This document shows, in pieces, positions 1-12,200 of a stretch of DNA of 64,000 bases. The stretch covers positions 10,495,042 through 10,559,041 of the forward strand of contig CM119265.1 of assembly GCA_051294375.1 (NCBI GenBank). The letters are read 5' to 3'. How positions within the stretch are numbered: the stretch's first letter is position 1; every line of letters starts with the position of its first letter. This DNA comes from Paraspadella gotoi (Eukaryota; Animalia; Chaetognatha). The notes under the pieces are model-generated. The model did no database searches. It was not told the origin of the DNA and was given only the letters and a program-made list of their open reading frames with translations. Made by a program: the position numbers and the translations under genes.

Positions 1-2937
1 TTGTGTAACCGAAGCCTAAGTGAAAAAGCTTCTCCTCACCTCCAAACCAGGAACCCATTCGGGAACGCCGTCCTTTTCCTCTAACGGAATTCTCTCTCCG
101 ACCTGCCCATCGAGTTTTGCCCCGCGCTTGCCCAAGTTAGCATCGCGATTCAGAATTCCCGTGACGGCGTTCGATTGTCCGTAAAAGGAGCGAAGCGGCG
201 GAAAAGGGTCAGTGAGGCGGAAAACGGGCGCAATACCCTGCACGCCAGTCACCCGGAGAGGCAGCGAGGCGGCGGAGAGCTCGCGCAGGATCTTCGCGAG
301 ATCGTCGAGGGCGGCGACGCAGGACGACTGCTGCTCCTCCCCGGTGCCAAGGCTGCCGTTCTTGGGGTCTTCAGCAGCAGCCTTGACTGCTTTGGACTTT
401 GGCTTTTGGAATCGGAGCACCCGCTCGAGTTCGTCGTCTAGAAAAAATATCTTCTTGAAGCCGAAGTGCTTCTTGAGAAGACGAGAGGCGATGAAATGAG
501 TCACGCTTCGTCGATGCACGACAAGGCGATTGGGATGCCACAAGACCGCCTCCAATATGGTGCCGTCTTTGAATCGTCGTGTTTCGCAAAGGTCTCCGTA
601 AAATTCTCTGTAGGGGAAAAGAAATATTGAGGAAATACAAAACTCATCAAAAATCTTTTTATGTCGTTTCGCCGCAAATACGACTCACCACTCAGAGACT
701 CCGGTTCTCTACCGGGAGACTCTGGAGCATAGGGTGATTTTAATTTAAATTTAAAACTTATCAACAATGAAACTTGTAAATGTTTCATACTCATTTAGTG
801 GCGGGATCATATGTAATGCATGTAAACATTACACAATGTATACATAAAAGACTGCGGCGCAACACCTTATTTTTCTTTTTACCGAAATTCTTTAGCGGCT
901 TTGAACTCTTCCGGAGAGGGTCCCTTCTCCATGACGACGGAATGATTTTCAGGGTTAAGATCAACGCCAAAGACGAGCTCCGATTGGTCGTGATTTGGTG
1001 GCGCGTCAGCCAATGGCCATCGTTGATGAGGAACGGGCAGAGCAACGATTTGGGTGGCGCGAGAACCGAAGCCTCGTTGGAGAACTTCAAGAATGGAGGC
1101 CGTGATTGAGGATAGGGATGAACCAGAGCGAGAGAACACGGATTCGAAGAGATTCTAAAAAATAGTATCCTAATTTTATTCTATAATTGTACAGATTAAC
1201 AAAGTCAGTTAAAATGTTTACCTTTTTCTGGAGGCAATTCTCCAGCTTCCCTTCGTCCCTCGTGTCTCGAACAACGACGAGACGATCGAATCTCGTGGCG
1301 CGAGGCAACGCGTGCAGGAAGATGGCGTCGAAGGCAGAGCGCGCGTGAGAAGATTCGTCGAGGCAAGCCAACGCGGCGCCGGATTCGTGAGACACGCGAC
1401 GCAAAAACTGGTGCGTAAGTTGAGGCGTCAAGTTGCAAAGACCGGCGCGGTCGAGAACGACGACGTCGAAAAGGGCGCCCAGTCGATCGAGTCGTTGAGA
1501 AGAGGGAAAGGGGTGAAGAGAAATCCCTGAAATGTTAAACGGTTAAATTATAAATTTTTTAAATTTTAATTTACAATTCTACAAATCTAAAAATGTATAA
1601 TTTGAACTCAGGAAACCGACCTTTCACAAAAGTCCCGTCGGAGAGGGCCAACAGCGTCTTGCGAAAAACGTGGAATCCGCTCAAGTCTTTGGAGACGGCG
1701 TTGACGACGACGAGATAAGCGACGAAGATGACGGCGACCTCGGGCGTCAAGGAACCAACGCCGATGTCAAGGCCGCGTTGTCGGAGGAATGTTTTTAACA
1801 ATATGACCCCGTCGATAAGATTGGGGGCTTTTCCTTGTGAAAGCAATTATTTAAATCGTAAGTTTCGAGGTCAAATAAAAATCCATTTTTCAACTCACCA
1901 TAAATTTCCGCTAAGAACTCTTCATTCCGTTGAAAAGTCAAGTCTCTTAGAATCGCGTTTTCGTAATGAGCCGCGTAGAGAATCTCCTTCTTCCCCTCGG
2001 CCCATTTGGAACCGAGAGGGCTCTTCAAGAAAAACCAAGCGGGATCCACCAACGACTTGGCAAACTTTAACCCCTCGGCCTCCGCGTGGGCGGCGTCGAG
2101 AGTGAAGCAGCGAAGGAGAAATCTCACCCCCTCTGCCCAATTCCCAAGCGGCCGAATGACCAGTTGCGCGCCGAATATCTCTCCTCTTACGTCGTCGGCC
2201 TCGAACTCGGCGCTCTCAACTTGCTCGTCCTCGCGCAAAGCCGCCCCCAAACGCGCCAGATACGCGGCACGCTTAAAGACATAACGGAGATTGAGGGCGT
2301 CCTTTTTGTGCCACATGGAGGACGGTATCTCCACGACGACCGAAATGTCGAGCTTCGGCCGACAGGCGGCGCGGAATCGAAAATCGCCAGCGACGCGGAC
2401 GGAAGTCGGCGGCGCGAAGGAGAAGGATCCCTGAACGACGTCGGCGCCGGAAGGAAGACGAAATGGGACGGCGACACCTTTGACGGACTCGAGATGACGC
2501 AGCATGGTCGTGGTCGAGTCCGCCGGAATCGCTTCTAGCGTTTCCTTGATTCGCCGGACGAAAGCTTCGATCTTCTCTACGATCGACGGAGACGGTTTGA
2601 TTTCCTTGAGCATCTCTTCCGTCTGAATGCGCAAGAGACTCGAGGCGAAGGAAGACTCTGACTCAGTCAAGGATCGCATCTCCTCCGCCGTTGCGGGTTT
2701 GTCCGTTCGACGACGCTTAGACGAAGGCTCTTCGTCTTTGTCGTCATCGTTAATTCGTTCGTTTGATTTACACGAAGGAAACATGTCGCCGTCACATTCG
2801 TCCTCCATTTCATCGTCCTCTTCATTGTCAGATTCTAAATCTAAGGCGTCATCTCCATCCCCGCTCTCTTCGTCTTCATCTTCGTCCTCCTTGTCCTCTT
2901 CATGGACACTCCCTTCTTTTTCCACGACTACTTTCAT
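1..2937 (-). CDS. NOL6: Nucleolar protein 6 (Nrap/Utp22), multi-exon; 3' part runs off the window
   Basis: Acidic N-terminus, then Nrap motifs: SSLLRIQTEEMLKEI, FAPPTSVRVAG, KDALNLRYVFKRAAYLA, DGVILLKTFLRQRGL, G(T)ILEAVLW, LPLRVTGVQG. ATG at 2937; GT-AG introns join the ORF pieces. Confidence 0.9.
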
Positions 2938-3072
2938 CTTTATGAATAAGTTTTTTTTACTAAGAAAAATCAAACTTCCTAACGAATAACAATGACAAGA
3001 TATGAAATCGAAAAATATTTTCGATAAAAAAATAAACATGATTTAAATAATAACAAGAACAATGAGTCGACA

Positions 3073-4715
3073 TTAATCGCAAGCTGGAACGGCGGCCAAA
3101 AGTTCGTCCTTTGTCATCTGGAAATTGCTTTTCTTCCACATTTCCATCAAATACAAAAGCACCTTCTGGATTTTCTTTCCTTTTTCCACCCCTGCCTTCA
3201 TGAGATCGAATCCGGAAACGGGCATCTTGGGGGCCGTCCATTCTTCGATGGCTTTCACAAGGTCTGGGTCACCTTTGTACTTGAGCAATTCTGTAGAGAA
3301 TTTCCGGCTGAAAAAAGTTACTAATATAAAACCTTCGAATTGCACAAATTTCCTCTCACCCACGACGTGCATCTTCACCATGGGATCTTTCTTCAGCTCG
3401 TCGACGATCAAATCTTGATAAGTCTTAACGTCACTGGCGACTTCGGCGACGTCCTTGTGGTGAAGCATAAAGGTGGCGAGAGTTTTCTCAGCGCGGGAGA
3501 TCTTTAACCGGTCGACGAGACGTCGCACGTCTTCGTCGCACTAAAGGTGGCAAAAAGAAAAGTACAAACCGCACGTTCATCCTCGGCTTTTAATTTTTAC
3601 GATAGACACCGACCTTAAGCAACTTGGCCAAAAGCGTCATCGGCAGGGGATTCATGGGATGAGCTCGCGAGCAAACGTCGACGAAGGCGTCGACGTCGGC
3701 GTCAACGATCGATTCGGACAACCCGCAGTGAGGCATGAGCCCGACGCGGTGCATGGTGCGCACAATGGCGCCCGCGTGGTTCCCCGTTAAAATCTTCTTC
3801 ATTTCGTCCCATATTCGTTCGCCAGAGAGTTGATCCATTCCCTAAAATACATGAGTTTCCCTAAAGTCATCTAAGAAATTGTAAAATCAACTAAACATTC
3901 CACGAGTTGAGCTCGATAATCTTGACATTTTAAAACTCGCCTCTCGGTTTTCACGAATGACTCGAAGCGTGTCTTCTTCGTGTGAATCCGGCTCGGAGGC
4001 GACGCGACCGTAAAACCGAAAATAACGCAAAATTCGCAAGTAATCCTCTTTGATTCTGGAGCCAGCGTCGCCTACGAACGCCACTCGACGCGCTCTTAAG
4101 TCCTGAAGAAAATCTCCGTCCGTTACGGGGCATTTCATTAAATATCATTTTATTAAATAACTGACCTTTTCTCCGCCAAAATAATCGACTAGTTTTCCGT
4201 CAAGAGTTAAAAACATGGCGTTGATAGTGAGATCGCGACGATTGGCGTCGACGAACCAATCGCGGGTGAACTGGAGGTTGTTAAACAGTTTACTCAAAAC
4301 AATATAAGATGATGTACATACTGGAAGCTAGTTTTCTGTCACTATTCTTCCACACCTTGACTATGGCATGGCGTCCATCCGTCTCCGCGTCGATCCTCAG
4401 CGTCGTTATCTCGAAATTCTCGTCGTCGATTCTGGCGGTAACAGTTCCGTGAGCTGCGCCGTTGTCGTTGAGAGTCCTCACGTCCTCCGCGGCGAACATG
4501 GCGAGCATCTCCTCGGGCGTGGCCGGCGTCGCGAAGTCCACGTCGTGGGGACGACGACCGGAAAGAATGTCACGGACGGCGCCGCCGGCGACGCGGAGAT
4601 CACGACCGTGGCGTTTGAAAATGTCCGCGAGTTTGAGAAAGGCAGGGGTGAAGATAATGGAGAGGTTGGAGTCGGATGTGTCGAGCTGACGAACATTTTC
4701 GGGCGACTCCGCCAT
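3073..4715 (-). CDS. TRNT1: CCA tRNA nucleotidyltransferase, canonical paralog A (multi-exon, no N-terminal extension)
   Basis: Class II motifs intact: [30 protein letters not shown] (flexible loop), [31 protein letters not shown]. Confidence 0.92.
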
Positions 4716-4849
4716 AGAGAACGTTGTAAATATTCACAAAGAACTCGAGTCAAGAAAAGGAAAGAATTTTCTGGAAAACACAAAATGTGAAATCAAAAAC
4801 AATAAAAAATAATCATTTAACTGACAAACAAAACTAGAGGCGCCGAACG

Positions 4850-6483
4850 TTATCGACTTTGATCTCGTTTCTGGCCCAATTCCGTGTTCTCCAAAATCCG
4901 AAGCAGCTCCTCCTTTTCCAATTCAAAGTCGTTGTTCTTCCACAACTCGTGTAACAACTTTAGCGTTCTTCTGGCGTGCTTTCCTCCTTTGAATCCGCCT
5001 ACCCAAAGATCGTACATCGTCACTGGCATCTGCGGTGGTTTCCAATATTTTAACTCCTCCAATATCCCACGCTCGTTCCGTAACTTAACCAACTCCAGTA
5101 CGTGCTTCAAGATGTGTTCGTCGTCGTACATCCCGTCCACTACGACATCCTTGAATGTCTTAGATTTGATACCGGGGTCTCTCCATTTGCTTCGGTTTTT
5201 TAACAGAAACAAGAGCAGCGCCTGCTCCGCTTTGGAGACGTGTTTCATCCGCGCGACGGCGTCGACAACCGAGTTTCGATTCTGGAAAAGCCCGCTGAGT
5301 GCAGCGACGGGATGCGGCGCCAAGTCAGCCACGGCTTCGAGATCGGCAGCGACACACTCCACCGTCTCGTCGGCGATCGAGGATGGCAACCCGCAGTGAG
5401 GCAAAACGCCGACCCGGTGCATGGCCCGCAATGAATGGCAAGCGTATCGACCGGAGAAGACCCGCTTCAACTCGGTCCAAATTCTTTCGCCCGAGAGTTC
5501 GTCGAGGCCTTTGCGGTGGCGCGATATGGCTTCCAAAGTCTCGGGGTCGTGGTATTTGGGATCAGCAGCCAAAAGGGCGTGAAAACGAAAGTAGCGGAGG
5601 ATTCTAGAGGAAGCGGGGGATATTTTTGGTACAATCACGTCAACTTCAACTGATAAAAACGGCCCTATACGCTGTATCCCTAAACAACCTGAGATAGTCC
5701 TCCTGAATGCGTTTCCCAGCGTCGCCGACGAAAACGACGCGCCCTTCGCGTAGATGGCGCTCGCCGTCGTGATAGTCGACGAGATCACCGTCTAGCGTGA
5801 GAAACATCGCGTTCACCGTGAGGTCGCGTTGACAAGCGTCGAGGAACCAATCGCGCGTAAACTGGCGCTTCACATCCGCGTCGAGAGTCACGACGTTAAT
5901 GCGAGAGGTGGTCACCTCGAAGTTCTGAGGAAACATGGATAGATTTGAGAGGGAATGTCTCAGACCTTTTATCTTTGTTCACTTCTTATCTCACCTGTTC
6001 GTCGTTGACTCGCACCATGATCGTGCCATGCGCGGCGCCCCGATTGTGCACCACTCTGATTCCCTCCGCTTCGAACATGGCCATCATTTCGACCGGAGTC
6101 GCCGTCGTCGCGAAATCGACGTCGTGCGGGCGGCGACCGGAAACGATGTCGCGGACGGCGCCACCGGCGACGCGGAGTTCGTGACCGTGTCGCCGGAAAA
6201 CCGCGAGAAGATCCCGGAGAGATGGAGTAAAAAGGGAAAGGAAGTTGGGGTCGGTGGGATCGATGCGCCGGACGGAGGAGGAAGAAGGGGAAGAAGAGGA
6301 GGAGGAGGAGGAAGAAGAAGTAGAGAAACCGGTCGATTGAGCCAATTGCGATGCATAGTTCAATGGAACGAGACTGGCGCCATATCGACCGCTCCGGCGT
6401 CTTGAAGTCGATTTTGAAGAGAATCTGGCGACGAAGACGACGCGATTTGATGGCGAGAGAAAGTATTTGAGGAAAGACGCCAT
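4850..6483 (-). CDS. TRNT1: tRNA nucleotidyltransferase, divergent paralog B with R/S-rich N-terminal extension (multi-exon)
   Basis: [26 protein letters not shown] and LSGERIW are present, but the loop reads EVTTSRINVVTLDADV and motif B reads QRD. ATG at 6483. Confidence 0.88.
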
Positions 6484-7447
6484 TCGAGTCAAACGGACGC
6501 CGTTGAGTTGAAGACGTCGAAAAGAAATGACATTTACAACTCGTCAGGGAAAGTATTTCAGCTTTTCAATTTCTCTAAAAACGTATTAATAAAGGGAGAA
6601 ATTTCGGCAAAAGTTCAGCTTTGATCGGGTGGCTCCGCAATCAATACGTTGGTTGTTGCTAATCATTCCTAAGTAAAAATGAGGGTAAAATAGAATAAAA
6701 TGTTGATTCAATTTTAATAATCACGAATCCGGCTAATTCAAGCGCTACACATGCATCCAAGCATTTCCCACAATGCCTCATTCATTGATCCCATTCATTG
6801 ATCCCATTTATCTGGTGACAAAGCGCCACCTTCAAATCAAATTGAATAGAAAATCAAGCAGAATTTATGGAAGCCAAACAAAAAAGATCGTTAAATTTAA
6901 AATCATATGAGACGAAAAACGGGAAAAATTTTGTGACAAATCACAAAGTATTTAAAGCAAATATGGGAAAAGATAAAAAAAATTAATGTAATATTTTTCG
7001 GTGGATGATAAAGTATCCACGCCTTCACAATGGTTATGAAATACGACCAGAGCTTAAAATTTAGGCATGTAGAACAAGCACGTGAGTAATAATCTCAATC
7101 AGTTTTTTATTTTCGAATTCATTATGGGTCTCCAGAGTTAGCCTTTACGCTATCAGTATCATTAGTATTATTCTTAATACATATGTTGATTAAAATAAAA
7201 TTCTCTAAACACAGCTAGATACTAAATCCGCTACGTTAACTACTTTGCTGATTAAAAACTAATTAATTACCATGGCTTTTAATTTTTTCCCAATTTAGCA
7301 TCCAATTGGCATCTTTAACAAGCACCAATGACTAGAGTTTCTATGCGCGACTAGAGCGGTCGTTGACTTCGCTAATGATTGATCGCGCCTGGAATAAGCG
7401 AGGGTCTCAGCAATGCTGAGACTCTCAGCATTCTCGGTCGAATCAGT

Positions 7448-9022
7448 CTAGCGAGACTCGACAATCACCTGGAAAGGTTGCGGGGAGTAGATCAAACCCT
7501 GACCCTCAAGGGTCGGCGTGTTCTTCGGATCCACCATGTTAAAGGAGAACCTCCTCAGCAGGCTAATGGCGAAGAGCCCGTACTCATTCTTGGCCAAGTT
7601 TTCCCCGAGGCATTTGCGCTTCCCAATGGAGAATGGAACAAAATTGGGCTGGGAGGGATTTGCCGTCCCGTCCTCATTTAACCATCGCTCAGGACGATAT
7701 GCCTCTGGATCGGGCCAAGCCCTCTCGTCCATGTGCAAGAAACAAATGTTGGCTTGAACCAAAGAATCCTTGGGAATGCGGTAACCACCTAAAACGGTAT
7801 CCGTTCTTGCGCGATGAGGCAGAGTCAAGGGCGCGATGGACGAGATGCGCTGCACCTCCCACAAAGCGGCCATGGTATAAGGAAAATCCTTAATCAGCGA
7901 CATCTGGGTCAAATCTCCATCGCGGCCGAGGACACGATCGATCTCCATCTGACACCGACGCTGAACCTCGGGAAAGCGCGCCATGTACAGTACGGCCCAA
8001 TTTAAAGAGGCGGAAGTTGTGTCGGTGCCAGCGAAGAAGAGGTCGAGAATGATTCGGAGGATATGATCGTAGCCAATAGCGCCGGCTTCGGCAACACCCT
8101 CGGCGGCTTTTTGGAGACCTATATCCACCAAATCCCGAGGCATGCTCGCGTCAAAATCTTCCTTGTGAGCCTTGATCTCGCGGTCGATGAAGTTGATGAC
8201 GATGTTGGCATGACGCCAGCACTCGGCCTCGTTCTTTTTTGCTCTCGGCGTGGAGCGTAAAATGGGAGTTTCCTCTTGGATTACCAAACGATTTCCGAGT
8301 ATATGCTTTATACCAAGGACGGCGTCCACGAATACCTTATCAGTATATTCGAACCTCCGACCGAATGCTACGGAACAAATGACGTTGGAAACGGCCATGT
8401 AAAGAATCTTTCCGTGGATGTCGGTTGGGCGACCGGTGTTTGCAACCTTCCCCAACTCTTCGATAATACAATTGGCCTCCTCCACGACGGTTTCGGCCAC
8501 CGACTTGCCCTTGAGACCAAACTCGGCCATTGAGTGGAGGGCGAGCTGCTTTCGCTCCTTAAACTCTTTGCCGTAATCTACGCTCGCGACGCCCTTTCCT
8601 CTTCTGAATAGGACGTCGATGCGGTTGGTGGAATCTTTCATCCTGTCCGACAGCACCTCCGATTTCGACACAAACGCTTCTCTCACCAGCTCCATGTCAT
8701 TTAGCCAAACCATTCTGGTAGAACCGATTTTAAAAGTGCACATTTTCCCATATTTTCGAGGCAATTCGAGCTGCATGGGGCGACGACGACTGGGCCTCAT
8801 AAAATCGTAAAGAACCGAGAGACTTCCCAGCAGAGGAACCGACATGGGCCCGGGTGGTAAGGGCGCCTTGCCGAGAGATCCTAACAGGCTCACCAACACC
8901 CACGTGACGAGCAAAACTGTGCAACCGGCAACCAACGGATTGGAAAAAGCGGATTGAAGAGTCGCTAAATCCATATCGAGAAGTGACTCCATGTTTTCCA
9001 CAAGAAAACTATAGTCAGTCAT
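7448..9022 (-). CDS. Cytochrome P450, CYP2 clan, single exon (524 aa)
   Basis: N-terminal TM helix plus PPGP, I-helix AGTDTT, ExxR (EVQR), PERW and heme motif FSIGKRKCLG. Confidence 0.95.
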   Translation of the reverse strand: MTDYSFLVENMESLLDMDLATLQSAFSNPLVAGCTVLLVTWVLVSLLGSLGKAPLPPGPMSVPLLGSLSVLYDFMRPSRRRPMQLELPRKYGKMCTFKIGSTRMVWLNDMELVREAFVSKSEVLSDRMKDSTNRIDVLFRRGKGVASVDYGKEFKERKQLALHSMAEFGLKGKSVAETVVEEANCIIEELGKVANTGRPTDIHGKILYMAVSNVICSVAFGRRFEYTDKVFVDAVLGIKHILGNRLVIQEETPILRSTPRAKKNEAECWRHANIVINFIDREIKAHKEDFDASMPRDLVDIGLQKAAEGVAEAGAIGYDHILRIILDLFFAGTDTTSASLNWAVLYMARFPEVQRRCQMEIDRVLGRDGDLTQMSLIKDFPYTMAALWEVQRISSIAPLTLPHRARTDTVLGGYRIPKDSLVQANICFLHMDERAWPDPEAYRPERWLNEDGTANPSQPNFVPFSIGKRKCLGENLAKNEYGLFAISLLRRFSFNMVDPKNTPTLEGQGLIYSPQPFQVIVESR

Positions 9023-9282
9023 TAAATAAAATCAGAAGACAATGAGACAAATAACTAACGATCATGATTAATGATTGTACCAATTTCATATACATGTATA
9101 ATTTTATTGTATTGTATTATATTTATTGTATATACGAAACCTATTAAACTTTCACATAATAATGATGCTTAACAACTAACTTAAAACGAAATTGCTGCAC
9201 AAATGAATTCTATTGTCTGATACATAAGAACGTTATCACAGATCAATCACATTTAGTTTTTGACTAGAAAATAAATATAAAT

Positions 9283-12200
9283 TCAAATTAGCAATCTGGC
9301 CACTTGATCTGGTGTTCTAGGAACAATTCCTTGAGGCTCGTTGAACCCGTTAGACGGATTCGTTATGACGTCGTAAAGAGTATTGTAGGCGCCGTGAATT
9401 AGCTTGGTCGATTTTTGCAGGATCGTCTCTCGAATAGATGCGCTGCGTGCACAGTAAAACAACAAACATGTAAACTCGATAGGTTTAATTTCTCAATTCA
9501 TGCAAACCTGGTAAGAAAAGAAAGTTGAGAAAGCGCGATGGAATCCGGGGAAGCCAGGTAAGAATCGAACTTCATCATCGCGGCCTGAGAAAGACGGAAA
9601 GAATTTCGATAATTCATGCAAAATGCAACCACTTTAATAAATTTCTTTAAAATTTCAAAAACCTTGAGAGCCTCAGATGACATCTCTGGCCTATCTTGGA
9701 AAGGGCCTCTCGGCTTTGCTTGAGCGATCTGAAACGGGACGTTCAAATCGACGGTGGAGAGCACAAGGGAGGCCTGTTGGCTGATCAGCGTATCCACGTG
9801 TGCCTCGGTTTGTGCCTAGTAAAAAAGAAGTTTAGAAATTAGAAAGCTTGACAAATGAATAATTATTATGATTTAATAATTTCATACTTTACTAAGCTTT
9901 AATTAATTTTTAAAGCTTTACAAATTTCGTTTTCTTTATTCACTTGTATAATCTCCAATTGATCGTCCAGGAATTCGAAGACCGTCAGAGTCGTATGCAT
10001 TAAATGAAGAGAATTGATGAGATAGGTCGCTGTGTCCGCTTCTCCGCTCAATGACGAAGCGGCAACCTAGATGGTCGAAAAAATAAAATCGATAAAATGT
10101 AAAAAAAATCATTTTCCTCCCAAAGAAACCCAAAAATTACCTGCACCATCTGCAAGAGGGCATCGACGAGCACGTTGGCGATTGTGCGAAATTGGCACTT
10201 GCGATCTTCGATGGAAGCGATGGAGGCGTCGTGAGATAGAAGAAGATCGCGAAGAAGGCCGAGGCTCCGGGTCAGTGTGCTCGAGGGACTCAAATCGTCC
10301 GGCGGAGAGTCAGCGCGTTCGAGAAGTTTGGAGGCTGCAGTATGTATTTTATAATTATTTTTCTATCCATTTTTTATTTAATTTTTAATAAATTATAAGT
10401 TTTTATATGAACTACACTGAGGCGCAAAAAAAAAAGACCTTTCTTTCACACCGAAAAAATTATATTGGATGGATGAATTTCACTGAGATATAGAAACATA
10501 AAACAAAGCGTCCGAAAGTTATAAGACGTCAAAAGTCGATTGGTACAAAACATCTGACGAGAATAAATTAACTTTAATCAAGAAGAGTCTTCAGCTAATT
10601 TTATATTATAAATATATTATGATAATAAAAAGTTAAACAAATTCAGAATCAAATATCTGTAAAGATAGGTGTCAACCATTTTCAACCTAAATAAAATTAA
10701 AATAAGTAGGTAAACTATATACAAAAACAATCTTTTAAAAATAAAGAAAAAGCAGTTGAGTGATAACTTACCCAAGGTTAATTTCAAAGCTTTTTCACAT
10801 CAAAGTTTTTTCCTTATGGCATCACATGTTAAAGCAGACTAATATAAACTCTTACAATTATATTAAAATTAATTTTTTATCATAAAATTATGTGTTGAAT
10901 TTGAGATAATTTAAAAAAATGATTGTTTTCAATATTTATTATTAAAATGCCATATTTGGCAGCAATTATAAATTATTTTCATAAAAAAGTAATACAAATT
11001 TATTGCCATTATATTATTATTATTAATTCATTATGATTTTGTTAATTCTATATTGTAAATATCAGTCAGAAAAAGAAGTGTTATCAATACTAACCTTTGG
11101 AAATAACTTTTTCCCAATTCTATTTTGAGACTCCGACTTTAAAGTCTTGCTATATTCTACTGATTGAACCGATTCTAATTTTTCTTGCACAAATCGACAG
11201 CTCTTTAAAAGCGCTATACTTTTCATATATATTTTCTCAAAGTTATAAAAGAAATAGTGGTCTATTTAAAGCTACCTAGTGAATTCTTTTTTTTTGCTCC
11301 GCAGTGTAAAATATTAGCTTGAGGGGTATTGAAGGCGTAAAGAAATAGAGGGAAAAACTAATATATTTCACGAAAAGCCAAAAACGAGAGAATGTATCAA
11401 ATATCAAATATACCAAGGGCTGGAGGAGGAGGAAAGAAGAGGAAGAGGAAAATGGGATTAGATATAATAGATATATTTATAATTATTATTATATTATATA
11501 TTATTATTATTATTATATATTTTTGGTTTTCTCCCGAGTTCAGTTTTTTCACACTTTTCTACTTAAGAGCGTTTTCTCTCCCTCCCGGCATATTAACCTT
11601 GACAGTTAAGGGAGTTGAGAAACATCTTGTCGGCCAATCCATGAAGCGCCATCAGCGTGGAAACGAGTGAAGTATCCGACGGTGGCGCGTGTGGCGTCAA
11701 AGACCCGGGGCCCGATCCGGCTTCTGAAATACGGAAAGTGGAACCGGAAACGCAGGAACGAGCGGTCGACGCGTCGGCGCCGTTCGGAGAGTCAAATCGC
11801 GGTGGAGGACCAGTAACGATGCTTTTGACGACGTGAAGATAAAAGTGGACAAGATTCTTCAACTTGAAGAGAGTGATGGCGTCTTGTTCCGTCGTCAAAA
11901 CCTGTGGAGTTTAATAACATTTTTTTTTGTAAAGAAAGATTCACGAGCAAACCCGAGACTGAGAAGGTACGACTGACTGACTTGTTCGACGCGAACTTGA
12001 AGGGGACGACCGATTCCCTCGGTGATGCTGCTCAAAGTCTCGTGGACGATAGGAGCCGAGACAACCGATCCATTTTTCTCTGGGAAAACAAACAGAATCT
12101 TTAAGACTCTTAAATTAAGAGATAATAATTTGGACGGAGGACTTAACCCTAGTGACTAGGGTTTATCTCAATTACTATTATGGTGGACTAAAATCCACCA

